NCBI RefSeq assembly: GCF_037042905.1
Contig: NC_087245.1
Location: 248,001-312,000 of the forward strand
Reading direction: 5' to 3'
DNA from: Lytechinus pictus
Lineage: Eukaryota
DNA length: 64,000 bases
In this document: piece after piece, positions 63,641 through 64,000 of the stretch
How positions within the stretch are numbered: the stretch's first letter is position 1
Layout: each line of letters opens with the position of its first letter
The notes under the pieces: model-generated
Seen by the model: the letters and a program-made list of their open reading frames with translations, nothing else
The model's database searches: none
What the model was told of the DNA's origin: nothing
Position numbers and translations under genes: made by a program

Positions 63641-64000
63641 AGGTCCAAGGTTTATACACATCAACATTTCACATTTTCAAAACGTCAACAACTCAATACA
63701 AACAATAATATTATACAATACAAATTTTCATAGATAAGCATAAATAAATATCGTAAAATATGAAATGTATACATAATATGAATATTACAAAGCTTATCGC
63801 AGCAACCATGAGCGGTGCTCATCAAAGTCAATGAATATACAGTCAATACATCTGGATTATCTTTGACAAATCACTCTTTATGCCAGATCAATAAAGCGCG
63901 AGAGCTTGATAAAAGAGGATCATTAATTGGTACATTAAGTATGGCCCAGTCGATCGTTTACCGTTTTACACTGTCCACCTGCAACAATAGGGAATCCCAT

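Overview
Eukaryotic, AT-rich, repeat-dominated DNA. The repeat families look like those of a deuterostome invertebrate, probably a sea urchin (inference). There is no intact multi-exon gene. The only host-gene evidence is a probable terminal coding exon of a membrane protein (13178-13429, +) and two possible exons of a second + strand gene (~39.1 kb and 54.6 kb). The rest is transposon material: a near-full-length but frameshifted Neptune-type Penelope-like retroelement (1691-6737, -; RT plus GIY-YIG, pLTRs with a hammerhead ribozyme), CR1/L2 and RLE-type LINE fragments, tRNA-derived SINEs, a Helentron/DINE-1-like element, a Foldback-like element with a 9-bp TSD, and many nested MITEs (Tc1/pogo, Harbinger, Kolobok, hAT-like). 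The most interesting signal is a set of small RNA-structure cassettes lodged in (TA)n microsatellites: (i) a ~416-bp terminally repeated unit with all hammerhead core boxes abutting perfect stems I and III but in a non-canonical strand order, (ii) an intact tRNA cloverleaf with a UCA (opal) anticodon inside an inverted-repeat element, and (iii) minimal hammerheads, including an inverted pair. Most ORFs in the six-frame track are spurious. All structures were folded by eye and none has been computed.
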